From IMG/VR virus record IMGVR_UViG_2912464834_000002: 64,000 nt of DNA; one strand, written 5' to 3'. The position numbers and the translations under genes are program-made. How positions within the stretch are numbered: the stretch's first letter is position 1; every line of letters starts with the position of its first letter. The notes below the pieces were generated by a model, which did no database searches, had not been told where the DNA came from, and saw only the letters and a program-made list of their open reading frames with translations. Shown one piece after another: positions 23,647 through 34,350 of the stretch. This DNA comes from a virus (Duplodnaviria > Caudoviricetes).

Positions 23647-25735
23647 TCGACTCCGTACGTCGGTGCGCCGGGCATGGACGCCACCTCCGCGCATCAGCGT
23701 GCCGGCATGGGCGGACAGGTATCGCAAGCTCGCGAAGGAGGCCGGCAGCACGTCGGGCAATTGGGAAACGTCGACGGTCGAGGTGGCGCGCGGGCCGATG
23801 CTTGCCGTAACCGAGCCTGGCGTGCACGTCGTCACGACGATGGTAAGCACGCAGCTGCTCAAGACGGCCCTTCTCGAAAACGTCTTTGGTTACTTCGCGC
23901 ACCTGGACCCGTGCCCGATCCTCCTGCTGCAGCCGAAAGAGGATGCGGCGGAACAGTTCAGTAAAGAACGGATCAGCCCGCTGATCCGCGTCACGCCCGT
24001 TCTGCGCGAGCTCGTCGGCACGAGCAAGACACGCAATGCGGACGAGACGCTGCTGTTCAAGGCGTTCCCGGGCGGATTTCTGGCACTCGCAGGCGCAGGC
24101 AGTCCTGACAACCTCGCGCGCCGGCCGGTGCGGGTCATCCTCGCTGACGAGGTGGACAAGTATCCGGTGACGCGTGAGGGCGAGCCGATTGCGCTTGCCG
24201 AGGAGCGGACCGCCACGTTCGGCGTCAACTGGCTGTCGATCCGAGCTTGCTCGCCGACGGTTGAAGATGAAAGCCGGATCGAGGCCAGCTATAAGGAATC
24301 GGATCAGCGCCGAGCATCGATCGCGTGCCCGCATTGCGGGCATCGCATGTTTCCAGACTTCTTCAAGCATGTCGACTGGGACAAGCGCCGCGACGAAAGC
24401 GGGAATGTGGTCGAGCATTACCCCAAAACGGCGCGGATCTCGTGCGAGTCATGCGGGCAGATCTGGTCCGAAGGGGACCGGCTCCGCGCATTGCAGACGG
24501 CGCGCTGGCATCAGACTCGGCCGTTCGAATGCTGTGGATCCCGGCACGTCCCGCTCGACGCGTACGAGCGAGCATGGCGCGGGCCCGAGGACGAGCGGGA
24601 ATCGACGACCGACGCCGCAATCGATGTTGTCTGGGACTGGTGGGAAAGCGACCGCCATGCGGTGTATCGCGCCAAATGCCCCGATTGCGGCGAATGGAAG
24701 GTGGACAACGAGCACGCGGGCTTCCAGGCGAGCAAGCTTTATAGCCCGTGGCAGAAGGACAAACCGCCCGACATCGCGACCAAATGGCTGAAGGCCGAGG
24801 GCGACGAAGAGAAGAAGCAGACCTGGTGGAATACGCAGGCCGGCATGCCGTATCGCCCGAACTCGGGTAAGGCGCTGCGCCTCGAGGCGCTCGTCGCGCG
24901 CGGTGAGCGATGGGCCGCGGAAGTGCCTGACGGCGTCGCCGTCATCACGGTCGGCGTCGACACCCAGGACTATCGCTTCGAGGTCGAGGTTGTTGGCTGG
25001 GGGCGCAACGAGGAAAGCTGGTCGATCGCTTACGAGGTGATCGAGGGTGACATGGAAACCCCTGATCCATGGGAGCGCCTTGACGCGTTGCTGAATCGAA
25101 TCTGGCATCGCGCCGACGGGCGCCCGTTTGAGGCGATGGCGGTTTGTATCGACTCCGGCGGTCACCACACGCAGAAAGTCTACGACTTTTCTAAGGCACG
25201 TCTCGGCCGCAAGGTCTGGGCGATCAAGGGTGAGTCGGCAGTCAGCGGCAAGCGTAACCCTGTGTGGCCGGTCAAGAAGCCGTCGCGCCGCACGAAAGCA
25301 TCATTCCGGCCGGTGATCATCGGTGTGAATTCAGCGAAGGACACCGTCCGAAGCCGCTTGCACGTCGAAGAGGCGGGCGCCGGATTCATGCACTTCCCGA
25401 ACGATCGCGACATTGGCTATTTCGAGCAGCTCACGTCGGAGCGATCCGTCGTGAAGGTGTCAGGTGGCCAGAAATATCGCGTGTGGGAATTGCCGTCTGG
25501 CCGCGCGAACGAAGCGCTGGACTGTCGCGTGTATGCATACGCTGCGCTCTGTGGCCTGACACACCTCGGGCTGAAGCTGAACAAGCGAGCGGATCTCGTT
25601 TCGATGCCGGTCGACTATGACGCCGTGTCTGCGGCTGTTTCACCCGCTCCGATGCCAGCCTCCGAGCCGGTATCGCAGGTAGCTGTAGCCGATTCGAAGC
25701 CCGTCAGGAAGAAGTTAACGAACCGTCTCGCGTAG
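23582..25735 (+). CDS. Terminase large subunit (GpA family)
   Basis: STQLLKT Walker A variant, LADEVDKYP, CPHCG, GVDTQ, IDSGG and NEALDC. Confidence 0.92.
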   Translation: MSTSKLPNSASRKPISPSEKADRLRTSVRRAWTPPPRISVPAWADRYRKLAKEAGSTSGNWETSTVEVARGPMLAVTEPGVHVVTTMVSTQLLKTALLENVFGYFAHLDPCPILLLQPKEDAAEQFSKERISPLIRVTPVLRELVGTSKTRNADETLLFKAFPGGFLALAGAGSPDNLARRPVRVILADEVDKYPVTREGEPIALAEERTATFGVNWLSIRACSPTVEDESRIEASYKESDQRRASIACPHCGHRMFPDFFKHVDWDKRRDESGNVVEHYPKTARISCESCGQIWSEGDRLRALQTARWHQTRPFECCGSRHVPLDAYERAWRGPEDERESTTDAAIDVVWDWWESDRHAVYRAKCPDCGEWKVDNEHAGFQASKLYSPWQKDKPPDIATKWLKAEGDEEKKQTWWNTQAGMPYRPNSGKALRLEALVARGERWAAEVPDGVAVITVGVDTQDYRFEVEVVGWGRNEESWSIAYEVIEGDMETPDPWERLDALLNRIWHRADGRPFEAMAVCIDSGGHHTQKVYDFSKARLGRKVWAIKGESAVSGKRNPVWPVKKPSRRTKASFRPVIIGVNSAKDTVRSRLHVEEAGAGFMHFPNDRDIGYFEQLTSERSVVKVSGGQKYRVWELPSGRANEALDCRVYAYAALCGLTHLGLKLNKRADLVSMPVDYDAVSAAVSPAPMPASEPVSQVAVADSKPVRKKLTNRLA

Positions 25736-25742
25736 GGAAGAA

Positions 25743-25988
25743 ATGGCGATCACCGATGGAATGAGTACTGCGGATATGCAGTCGAGATTGGCTGCGCTGC
25801 AGGCGGCCTATTTCGATCTAGCCTCCGGGGCCAAGATCGTGACCGCCACGTACAACCAGGGCGACGGAACAAAGTCGGTCACGTATCAGCAAAGCGACAT
25901 TACCCAGGTCCGGAAGGCCATCGAGATGCTCCAGAAGGCTCTCGGAATCATCTGCCACTATCCACGCGCACGCAGGGTGCTGTTTTAA
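25743..25988 (+). CDS. gpW-like head completion protein
   Basis: Small ORF between terL and portal. Confidence 0.75.
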   Translation: MAITDGMSTADMQSRLAALQAAYFDLASGAKIVTATYNQGDGTKSVTYQQSDITQVRKAIEMLQKALGIICHYPRARRVLF

Positions 25989-27658
25989 TGCCATCTCTCA
26001 TCGTCGACAGTTCGGGCAGGCCCTTCGGGGACGTGCCGGCGGGCGGTCGTGCGCGTGCCGATAACTCGCCGTCGCCAGGAGCGATCCTGCCGCCGTATTC
26101 GAGCTTGTTCCCATACGAAGCCTCGAATATCCAGACGACGGAAATGGGCGATTGGCTGCCCTATATCCGGTCGCCTGATTCCGAGATCAATCAGTTCCGT
26201 GATCGCATGGTCGCGCGATCGCGCGATCTCTCTCGGAATGATGGTTGGGCGAATGGCGGGATCACCCGCATTCTGGACAATACCGTCGGCGCGCATCTGC
26301 GCCTGTCGGCAAATCCGGATTGGCGTGCGCTCGCGCGCTTCAGCAAGAAGTTCGACGCGACATGGGCCAACGAGATGCGCCAGGCGATCGAGTCGCTCTG
26401 GCGAGGTTACTCGGAGGATCTTGGCCGCTACAACGACGTGTCGCGGCAGCTGACAGTTTCGCAGCAGATGCGGCTCGCGCTGCGTCATAAGCTGATCGAC
26501 GGCGAAGCTCTCTTCGTTTCGTATTGGAAGCCTGAGCGCGTGGGTCGCGGTGGCGCGCAATATGCGACCGCGTTTCAGGTGGTCGATCCGGACCGGCTAT
26601 CGAATCCGTATCTCGCGGTCGACACGCGATATATGCGTGGTGGCGTCGAGATCGACGACGATGGCGTACCGCTCGCGTATCACATCCGGAAAGCTCAGCC
26701 GTATGACACTTACAACACCGTCGAATCGATGGAATGGGAACGTGTCGAGCGTGAGGATGAGGACGGTTGGCGTCGGGTCATCCACGACTATGAGCGTGAC
26801 CGCGCTGGTCAGCACCGCGGCATCGGTATCTTCACGCCCGTGCTGTCTCACGCCAAGATGCTCGCCCGCTATTACGGCGTCGAGCTCCAAGCGGCGACGG
26901 TCGCAACGATCTTCGGTACGTATGTGACCAGTCCATACGATCCGGCCATGATCGAAGCAGCGATGGATAGCGAAGGCGAGGAACTCGGTTATTACCAGGA
27001 GATCCGGACGGATTGGGCAAAAGATCGGCCCGCAATGCTCAACAATGTGCGCGTCCCGACGTTGGCGCCTGGTGAGGAAATCAAGCAGGTCGCTGCAGCG
27101 CATCCGCACAGTGGCTTTCAAGATTTTGCGCACGAAATGCTGCGCTCGATCGCGGCTGCGCTTGGCGTCTCGGCAGAGCAGATCACGCAGGACTGGAGCA
27201 AAACCAACTATTCGAGCGCGCGCGCAGCGTTGCTCGAGAGCTGGAAGACGCTCAGCCGACGAAGCGCTGAATTCAAGATGGGATCGGCTACGCCGCTGTA
27301 TGCGACCTGGTTGCAAGAAGTGATCGAGCGAGGCGATCTCGACGATGTCTTGCCGATCGATGCGCCCGATTTCGTCGAGGCACCGACTGCATATGCGCGG
27401 TGCGATTGGCTCGGCGTCGCACGCGGCTGGGTGGATCCTGTGAAAGAGAAGCAGGGCGCGGTACTCGGCATGGATGCGGGCCTGTCTACGCTCAAGCGTG
27501 AATGTGCTGAACAAGGGCTCGACTGGGAAGAAGTGATCGCGCAGCGTGCCGTCGAATTGGCTGCATTCAAGCGACTCGGAATCGCCCCGCCCAGCTGGGC
27601 TGGAATCGAGACTGCGGCCGATGCAGCCTCTCCTGAAGAAGAGCCTCAACCTCAATGA
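25988..27658 (+). CDS. Portal protein, lambda family
   Basis: ARSRDLSRND, NYSSARAALLE and WVDPVKE motifs. Confidence 0.92.
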   Translation: MPSLIVDSSGRPFGDVPAGGRARADNSPSPGAILPPYSSLFPYEASNIQTTEMGDWLPYIRSPDSEINQFRDRMVARSRDLSRNDGWANGGITRILDNTVGAHLRLSANPDWRALARFSKKFDATWANEMRQAIESLWRGYSEDLGRYNDVSRQLTVSQQMRLALRHKLIDGEALFVSYWKPERVGRGGAQYATAFQVVDPDRLSNPYLAVDTRYMRGGVEIDDDGVPLAYHIRKAQPYDTYNTVESMEWERVEREDEDGWRRVIHDYERDRAGQHRGIGIFTPVLSHAKMLARYYGVELQAATVATIFGTYVTSPYDPAMIEAAMDSEGEELGYYQEIRTDWAKDRPAMLNNVRVPTLAPGEEIKQVAAAHPHSGFQDFAHEMLRSIAAALGVSAEQITQDWSKTNYSSARAALLESWKTLSRRSAEFKMGSATPLYATWLQEVIERGDLDDVLPIDAPDFVEAPTAYARCDWLGVARGWVDPVKEKQGAVLGMDAGLSTLKRECAEQGLDWEEVIAQRAVELAAFKRLGIAPPSWAGIETAADAASPEEEPQPQ

Positions 27659-28521
27659 AAAATCTCCCGTTCCTTGCGCAGCGGTTGTTCAATACGCCGC
27701 TCGCCATCACTCCCGCGAAAGCGGAAATGGTGATGGCTGCGCTTGCAGATCGTTTTGGACTCACGAAGCTGTTTCGAGCGAGCGGTGAATCGTTCGCAAT
27801 GAGCGAATTCGGATTCGAGGAAGAGGAGTCCGAGCCGGACTACCGCTATTACGATGTCGTCGCGGGCGTAGCGATCATTCCGATCACGGGCACACTGGTG
27901 CAGAAGTCGGGGTACATGCGTCCGACATGTGGGATGACGGGCTACGACGGCATCCGGGCGAATCTGAGCACGGCGCTCGAAGACCCTGCCGTTCGTGCCA
28001 TCATGCTCGACATCGACAGCGGCGGTGGTGAAGTTGCCGGCTGCTTTGATCTTGTCGACGCAATCTACGGTGCGCGAGGCACGAAACCGATCTGGGCTGT
28101 TCTTTCGGAGAGCGCTTATTCCGCTGCATATGCAATTGCAAGCGCGGCGGATCGCATTACTGTGCCGCGTACTGGTGGCACCGGGTCGGTCGGCGTGATC
28201 TGCGCGCATGTTGATTTCTCCCAGGCACTCGCCAAAGACGGAGTTACCGTCACGATGATCCACTACGGAGATCGGAAGGCCGACGGGAATGAATTCAATC
28301 CTCTGTCCGACGAAGCCCTGAGCCGGTTCCAAGCGGACGTTGACGCGATGGGCGAGCTGTTCGTCAAGACGGTCGCACGCAATCGAAAACTGTCTGCAGC
28401 CACAGTTCGTGGCACGCAGGCTGGCACGTTTCTCGGCGCTGATGGCGTCGAGATCGGCTTCGCCGATGCCGTGATGGCGCCGGACGAGGCATTCCGATCC
28501 CTGCTCGCCGAGCTGGGCTGA
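27655..28521 (+). CDS. S49 prohead protease
   Basis: DIDSGGGEV, AYSAAYAIAS and GSVGV motifs. Confidence 0.9.
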   Translation: MKNLPFLAQRLFNTPLAITPAKAEMVMAALADRFGLTKLFRASGESFAMSEFGFEEEESEPDYRYYDVVAGVAIIPITGTLVQKSGYMRPTCGMTGYDGIRANLSTALEDPAVRAIMLDIDSGGGEVAGCFDLVDAIYGARGTKPIWAVLSESAYSAAYAIASAADRITVPRTGGTGSVGVICAHVDFSQALAKDGVTVTMIHYGDRKADGNEFNPLSDEALSRFQADVDAMGELFVKTVARNRKLSAATVRGTQAGTFLGADGVEIGFADAVMAPDEAFRSLLAELG

Positions 28522-28549
28522 CATATCCCAAACCCCAAAAGGTTCATTT

Positions 28550-29170
28550 ATGAGCATTCGCACCCTTGCGGCGCGCGGGCTTTCGTTCGCCCATCTGGCC
28601 GGCCTGTCGTCCCGCGCGGCCCGCGCCGAGAACGAAGACGACGAGCGCAAGCAGCGCGAAGGTGAATCGGACGACGATTACGCCAAGCGTATGGAGGAGC
28701 TCGACGAGAAGGAGGAAGAGGCACGTCGAGCCGAAGAAGAGAAGAAGGACGAAGAGTCTCGGCGCGCTGAAGAAGAGCGCAAAGAGGAAGAGGCTCGCGC
28801 TCGCGGCGAAGACGATCAGGACAGCGATCTCGAGGCCGACGATGACGACGAAGAGATGCGAGGGAAAAGTGCATCCGCCCGCGCGCGTAAGCGTGAACGG
28901 GCACGTTGTGCCGCGATCTTCGCATCGCCGGCCGCGGCGCGCAATCCGGTGCTTGCGGCCAATCTCGCATTCAAAACGAGCATGAAGCGGAGCGAAGCAA
29001 TCGCAATGCTCAAGGCGACTCCGGCGCCGGCATCGGCTGCGCACCTCAATCGGGCCGAGCGCAATCCGAATCTCGGCGCGGACGGTGGTCCGAAGCCGTC
29101 GCAGCAGCAAGCCCTGGCAGCGCGCTGGGACGCGAACCTGAAGGCCGCGAGCGCTCCCCGCCGCCGCTGA
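28550..29170 (+). CDS. Scaffold-like protein
   Basis: Acidic coiled coil, ERARCAAIF; lies between protease and decoration gene. Confidence 0.65.
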   Translation: MSIRTLAARGLSFAHLAGLSSRAARAENEDDERKQREGESDDDYAKRMEELDEKEEEARRAEEEKKDEESRRAEEERKEEEARARGEDDQDSDLEADDDDEEMRGKSASARARKRERARCAAIFASPAAARNPVLAANLAFKTSMKRSEAIAMLKATPAPASAAHLNRAERNPNLGADGGPKPSQQQALAARWDANLKAASAPRRR

Positions 29171-29212
29171 TTCGCGTCATCGATCTTCACCTCTTCCTCA
29201 AGGAAATGAAAC

Positions 29213-30145
29213 ATGGGTAACCCCACCTATACGCCGCTCCAGGAAAACTGGCACAACGGCGGATTCATCGTATCGCTGGCGAATGGTCACCAGTCGATCG
29301 ATCAAGGCATTCTGACCGGCGGCGCTAAGGTGCTCGCAGGCACCGTCCTCGGCCTGGTCACGGCGGCTCTGACGGCAAGCGCCGCCGCGCTCGGCACGAA
29401 TACGGGCAATGGCACCGTCGGAGCTGTGACGCCACAGGCTGCGCCCGCGACGATGATCGGCGTCTACAACGTGCTGATGACCAGCGCGACGGCATTTACG
29501 GTCACGGCTCCGGACGGCCAGACGGCGACCGGGTCCGTCGGGTCCCCATTCAGTGGACTCGGCGTTGGCTTCACGATCACCGCCGGCGGCACGCCGTTTG
29601 CCGCGAACGATTCGTTCACGCTCACGACGACGAGCGCGCCCGGAAACCCGAACATCGCTTCCGCAGCCGGCGCAAGCAACGCCGGCAACGGCACCATCGG
29701 TTCGCTGAGCGTTGCCGGGTATGCGGCGAAGGCCGGCGTCTATACGGTCGAATTCGATGATGCGACCCATTTCATTGTCTCGGATCCCACGGGCGCCGAA
29801 GTGGGTCATGGCACGACCGGTGTCGCGTTCAAGGCCGGCGGCCTCTCGTTCACGATCACGGCCGGTGGCACGGCATTCGGGCCTGGCGACAGTTTCGCGA
29901 TCACGGTCGCGGCGGGTTCGGGGAAATACAAAGCGTTCGATCCCGCCAATGTCGATGGCTCCCAGGTGCCGACCGGCATCCTGTTCGCGACGAAGGACGT
30001 CACGACCGTCGACAAGCCGTGTGCGGTCGTCGTGCGGCTCTGTGAAGTCAACGCATCGGAACTCGTCTGGCCGGCTGGCATGAGTGCCGCAGCGATCGCT
30101 GCAGCTCAGGCCCAGCTGAAAGCGCTCGGCATCGTGCCGCGCTAA
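29213..30145 (+). CDS. Head decoration protein (gpD-like) with two inserted repeat domains
   Basis: AGTVLG and DGSQVPTGIL...EVNASELVWP termini enclose two GNGT(V/I)G...FTITAGGT.F..DSF repeats. Confidence 0.8.
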   Translation: MGNPTYTPLQENWHNGGFIVSLANGHQSIDQGILTGGAKVLAGTVLGLVTAALTASAAALGTNTGNGTVGAVTPQAAPATMIGVYNVLMTSATAFTVTAPDGQTATGSVGSPFSGLGVGFTITAGGTPFAANDSFTLTTTSAPGNPNIASAAGASNAGNGTIGSLSVAGYAAKAGVYTVEFDDATHFIVSDPTGAEVGHGTTGVAFKAGGLSFTITAGGTAFGPGDSFAITVAAGSGKYKAFDPANVDGSQVPTGILFATKDVTTVDKPCAVVVRLCEVNASELVWPAGMSAAAIAAAQAQLKALGIVPR

Positions 30146-30166
30146 TAGGGGCGCCCGCCGACCGTC

Positions 30167-30189
30167 AAGCCGCCTACGGGCGGCTTTTT
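30167..30189 (+). terminator. Intrinsic terminator-like hairpin
   Basis: AAGCCGCCTACGGGCGGCTTTTT. Confidence 0.65.
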
Positions 30190-30253
30190 CATTTCTGCAA
30201 TTCCGAGGCCGCCAGCAAGGCGGCTTTTCTTTTTTTCCGAAAAGGAACAAGCC

Positions 30254-31318
30254 ATGGCTGGCGAAATCATCGACATTTTCAACGGTGACGCTTTCAGCGC
30301 ACTGGCCCTCACGCAGGGCGTCCAGCGCAACCCGTACCAACCGGGTGCGCTGGGGCAGTTGAACATCTTCGACGAAAACCCGATTCGCACGACGGCCGTT
30401 TCGGTCGAAGAGCGTACAGGCACGTTGAAGCTCATCGGCTTCAGCGAGCGCGGCACCGAAGGCACGCAGCGCACGACCGAGCGTCGCAAAATGCGCTACT
30501 TCGACGTGCCGCGGCTGATGCACGACGATACGATCCACACGTATGAAATCCAGAACATCCGCGAATTTCCGGAAGGCCCGACCGGTCAGATCGTGACCGT
30601 GCCGATGCAGCTCGAACGCGAAGTCGCGCGCCGGCTCGCAGGCCCGACCGGCCTGCTCGCGAGCGTCGAATACACGAAGGAATATCTGCGCCTGGCAGCG
30701 GTGCAGGGCCTCGTGTTGAACCCCGCCGACGGCAGCATTCTGTACAACTGGTTCGACGAGTTCCAGATCACCCAGGCGCAGGAAGTCGGCTTCAATCTGA
30801 GCGCGGGCACTGCGAACACCCTGCGTCCGCTGATCAACGGCGTCAAACGCAATATGGCCCGCAAGGCGCAGGGCGCGTTCACGAACCAGACGCGGATTAT
30901 GGCGCTCTGCGGCGACGTGTTTTATGACCAGTTCTCGAACCATCCGGACGTGATCCGGACGTTCCTGAACTGGGAAGGCGCTCGCGACATCCGCGACGAC
31001 GCGTTCGGCGACGCGTTCGCATCGTTCGAGTTCGACGGCATCACGTGGGTCAACTACCGCGGCTCGGACGACAACGTCACGGTCAAGATCCCGGACGACA
31101 AGGTCAAGTTCTTCCCGGTGAATGCACCCGGCATCTTCCAAGAGGTGCTGGCGCCGGGCGAATCGGCCGAGTTCATCAACCAGCCGGGCGCGCCGGTCTA
31201 CGTGCTGCCGATCATCGATCGCGACCGTCGCATGTGGTGGAAGATGGAGGTCTACTCCTATCCGCTCTACCTGTGCACGCGTCCGGAGGTTCTCCAGAGC
31301 GGCCGTGCGGAGGCGTAA
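30254..31318 (+). CDS. Major capsid protein (gpE family)
   Basis: DIFNGDAFS...SYPLYLCTRPEVL. Confidence 0.88.
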   Translation: MAGEIIDIFNGDAFSALALTQGVQRNPYQPGALGQLNIFDENPIRTTAVSVEERTGTLKLIGFSERGTEGTQRTTERRKMRYFDVPRLMHDDTIHTYEIQNIREFPEGPTGQIVTVPMQLEREVARRLAGPTGLLASVEYTKEYLRLAAVQGLVLNPADGSILYNWFDEFQITQAQEVGFNLSAGTANTLRPLINGVKRNMARKAQGAFTNQTRIMALCGDVFYDQFSNHPDVIRTFLNWEGARDIRDDAFGDAFASFEFDGITWVNYRGSDDNVTVKIPDDKVKFFPVNAPGIFQEVLAPGESAEFINQPGAPVYVLPIIDRDRRMWWKMEVYSYPLYLCTRPEVLQSGRAEA

Positions 31319-31651
31319 ATGCCCATCGACTGGAACCGCGTCGTCATCGGGCCGCTGCACGGTGTTTTCGCTGAACCGGTGACGTACAAGCCGTTCGCTG
31401 GCGGATCGTTCTCGATCACTGGCGTATTCGACGATGCATACCTCAAGGAAGTGATGTTCGAGGATGCATCGTCGGGTGTGACCGAAGTGTCGGCGGTACT
31501 GGGTGTGCAGCTTTCGCAGTTTCCATCGCTTCCGGTCCAAAACGACCAGCTCTCAATCCCCAGCGTCAATAGCACGTACGTAGTTCGGCAGGTTCGCCCG
31601 GACTCGCGTGGTGCTGCAAGGCTTCTTCTCAATAAGGTGAGTTCGTCGTGA
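31319..31651 (+). CDS. Head-tail joining protein
   Basis: Position and FAEPVTY...GVFD motif. Confidence 0.7.
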   Translation: MPIDWNRVVIGPLHGVFAEPVTYKPFAGGSFSITGVFDDAYLKEVMFEDASSGVTEVSAVLGVQLSQFPSLPVQNDQLSIPSVNSTYVVRQVRPDSRGAARLLLNKVSSS

Positions 31652-32205
31652 CGACATCCGCAGATCTTCGGGCGCTGTTCGTAACGGCGCTCAAGGGTGC
31701 GACGGATGCAGGGGACGCAGTTTTCTCGCCGTACGACTGGCCGACGGCGCCGAACGCGTATCCATCGATCCTCGTGCACGCGCGTAAGGAGCGGAAGGAA
31801 TCGCTCGGTCGCAACGTACCGCAGTTCAACGTCACGGCGACGCTAGAGATCATCGCTCGAACGAAATCGGCAGCGCTTGTCGGCGATGCGGGCTCCGCGG
31901 CCGCGCTTGCTGCCGCGGAGAAGCTAAAAGCCCAGATCGAATCAGTGTTGATCAACAACCCTGCGATCTGGGCAGATCCGGCCGGTGGCCAGCGTATTCA
32001 GCAGTTTTCATCCGTCGATTCGGAGCTCACGACGAGCTCGGATGGAGAGATGCCGATCGCGGAATTGCTGATGACGATCGACGTCGAGTTCTTCCAATCG
32101 GCGGATGACTTCTTCCCGATCCCGCTCACGCCGCTGCAAGGCGTTGACCTGGTGATCCAGGAGCCGGACGGCACGACGCAGCCTGGCTTGACCATCAACT
32201 TCTGA
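31648..32205 (+). CDS. Tail terminator-like protein
   Basis: Position before the sheath; coupled. Confidence 0.6.
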   Translation: MTTSADLRALFVTALKGATDAGDAVFSPYDWPTAPNAYPSILVHARKERKESLGRNVPQFNVTATLEIIARTKSAALVGDAGSAAALAAAEKLKAQIESVLINNPAIWADPAGGQRIQQFSSVDSELTTSSDGEMPIAELLMTIDVEFFQSADDFFPIPLTPLQGVDLVIQEPDGTTQPGLTINF

Positions 32206-32216
32206 AGGAGCGACGC

Positions 32217-32414
32217 ATGGTCGTTCAACCTGTTCCGGGTGGGCCGAACGTGCTCGATCCGGTGACGAAGCAGTTCATCCCGCCCGAGGGCATCACGGTG
32301 GACGACTTCGACCTGTACTGGCATCGACGCATCGCTGATGGCGATGCGCGAATCGTCGAGCCCCAGGCGCCCGCGGCGGCGAAGGTGGCAAAAATCGAAA
32401 AGGGTGATCAATGA
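32217..32414 (+). CDS. DUF2635-like (Mu gp38-like) protein
   Basis: DPVTKQFIPPEG...YWHRRIADGD. Confidence 0.75.
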   Translation: MVVQPVPGGPNVLDPVTKQFIPPEGITVDDFDLYWHRRIADGDARIVEPQAPAAAKVAKIEKGDQ

Positions 32415-33913
32415 CCATCTCGTTTCCGAACGTTCCGCAGAACCTGCGCGTACCGCTGTTCTATGCGGACATCGATCCCCGCAACGCAAATACCGGTCAG
32501 CCGACACTGCGCGCACTGATCATCGGTCAGATGACCAGTGCCGGCTCGGCGACGCCGAATGTCCCGCTGATCAGCCAGGGTGTGTCCGACGCGAAGGCCG
32601 TCGGCGGCCAAGGGTCCATGTTGGCTCTGATGACGGCGGCCTATCGAGCGCGTGATCAATTCGGCGAGGTCTGGTATCTCCCGCTCGCAGACGACCCAGC
32701 TGCGGTAGCGGCAGTCGGCTCGCTCAATTTCACGGCAGCGGCGACTGCCGCAGGTGTGTTGTCGCTGTATATCGCGGGCACCCGCGTCTCGCTGAACGTA
32801 TCAACGTCGCAGACGCCCGCGCAACTCGCGACGGCGCTGGCCGCCGCAGTCAACGCCGTCGGTGACCTCCCGGTTACAGCTGCCGTCGACGGAACGACGA
32901 CGAGCAAGGTCAATTTCACGGCCAAGAACAAGGGCGCCGGTGGGAACGACATCGACCTGCGGCTGAACTACCTCGGCACTGCCGGCGGAGAGGCGACTCC
33001 GGCCGGCATGACCGTCGCAATCGTCGCGATGGCTAGTGGAGCGACGAATCCGTCGCTCACGGCCGCGCTTGCGAACCTGGGCGACAAGACATTCGACTTC
33101 ATCGCGCTCCCGTACAACGACACCATGTCGCTGAATGCGATCAAGTCGTTCCTGAGCACGCAGACGGGCCGGTGGAGCTGGGCGCAACAGCTCTATGGCG
33201 GCGCATATGGCGCGTATCGCGGCACGCTCGCGTCGTGCCAAACGTTCGGCGCGACGCGGAACGATGAGCATGTGTCGATCACAGGCTTCAACGATTCGCC
33301 GACGCCGAACTGGATCTGGGCGGCTGACATCACGGCGGCCGTCGCTGTTTCGGCTCAAGCGGACCCGGCTCAGCCGTTGCAGACCGTCACGCTCGCGACC
33401 GCTCTGGCGCCGCCGGTGCAGTCCCGGTTCCAGCTGACGGATCGCAATACGCTGCTGTACACGGGCATCAGCACATTCACGGTGGCGGATGACGGCACCG
33501 TCGCGATCGAGAACCTGATCACGACGTACCAGACGAACAGTTTCGGGCAGCCCGACAACAGCTACCTCGAGGTCGAGACGATGAACACACTGGCGTATGT
33601 GCTGCGTCGGCTGAAATCGGTCGTCACGACAAAGTATGCCCGCGTGAAGCTGGCGGCGAACGGGACGCGGCTCACGGCCGGGAACAACGTCGTCACGCCG
33701 AACATGATCCGTGCGGACTTGATCGCCGACTACAAGGCGATGGAGGAAAGCGGATATGTCCAGGGTAGTGCGCAGTTCGCGCAGGGGCTCATCGTGCAGC
33801 AGAACGCCACGAACCCGAATCGCGTCGATGTGCTGTATCCGGCCGTGCTGATCGATCAGCTCCGGATCTTCGCGCTACTCATGCAGTTCAGCAATCAGGT
33901 CGCTGCGGCCTGA
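32411..33913 (+). CDS. Tail sheath protein (Mu-like)
   Basis: LRVPLFYA...GQGSML...NPNRVDVLYP...LRIFA. Confidence 0.92.
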   Translation: MTISFPNVPQNLRVPLFYADIDPRNANTGQPTLRALIIGQMTSAGSATPNVPLISQGVSDAKAVGGQGSMLALMTAAYRARDQFGEVWYLPLADDPAAVAAVGSLNFTAAATAAGVLSLYIAGTRVSLNVSTSQTPAQLATALAAAVNAVGDLPVTAAVDGTTTSKVNFTAKNKGAGGNDIDLRLNYLGTAGGEATPAGMTVAIVAMASGATNPSLTAALANLGDKTFDFIALPYNDTMSLNAIKSFLSTQTGRWSWAQQLYGGAYGAYRGTLASCQTFGATRNDEHVSITGFNDSPTPNWIWAADITAAVAVSAQADPAQPLQTVTLATALAPPVQSRFQLTDRNTLLYTGISTFTVADDGTVAIENLITTYQTNSFGQPDNSYLEVETMNTLAYVLRRLKSVVTTKYARVKLAANGTRLTAGNNVVTPNMIRADLIADYKAMEESGYVQGSAQFAQGLIVQQNATNPNRVDVLYPAVLIDQLRIFALLMQFSNQVAAA

Positions 33914-33933
33914 TCACGGTAGCGATGTCCACG

Positions 33934-33957
33934 AAGGCGCCCTAGGGCGCCTTTTTT
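33934..33957 (+). terminator. Terminator-like hairpin
   Basis: AAGGCGCCCTAGGGCGCCTTTTTT. Confidence 0.6.
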
Positions 33958-33976
33958 CATTTCAGGAGGGCATTCG

Positions 33977-34348
33977 ATGCCTAGCAATCTGCTCGCTGGC
34001 ACGGCGTCCGTGTCCGTCGACGGCCAGACCTACATGGTGTCGGCGAACTTCAAGTACAGCCCGGGCAAGAAGACGCGCGAATCGCTCACGGGCATGGACG
34101 GCGTGCATGGCTACAAGGAAAAGTGGCGTGCTCCGTCGATCGCCATGCAGATGCGCGACTGGGGCGGCTTGACGGTCGAGAACGTCAACAGCATGACGAA
34201 CGTGACGGTCGTCGCTGAGCTCGCGAACGGCAAGACGATCATCGGCCGGAACATGTGGTCGGTCGAAGATCAAGAGGTGGACTCCGAAGACGCCGTGTTC
34301 GACGTCAAGTTCGAGGGTCCGGAAGTCACCGAAACGACGACGAACTGA
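33977..34348 (+). CDS. Tail tube protein (Mu-like)
   Basis: LAGTASVSVDG...GMDGVHGYKE...AELANGK. Confidence 0.88.
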   Translation: MPSNLLAGTASVSVDGQTYMVSANFKYSPGKKTRESLTGMDGVHGYKEKWRAPSIAMQMRDWGGLTVENVNSMTNVTVVAELANGKTIIGRNMWSVEDQEVDSEDAVFDVKFEGPEVTETTTN

Positions 34349-34350
34349 AC

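Noticed and set aside
29198-31540. 780-aa minus-strand ORF and other long antisense ORFs (e.g. 59129-60574, 50385-51380)
   Set aside because: Shadow frames of high-GC genes on the opposite strand; no motifs.
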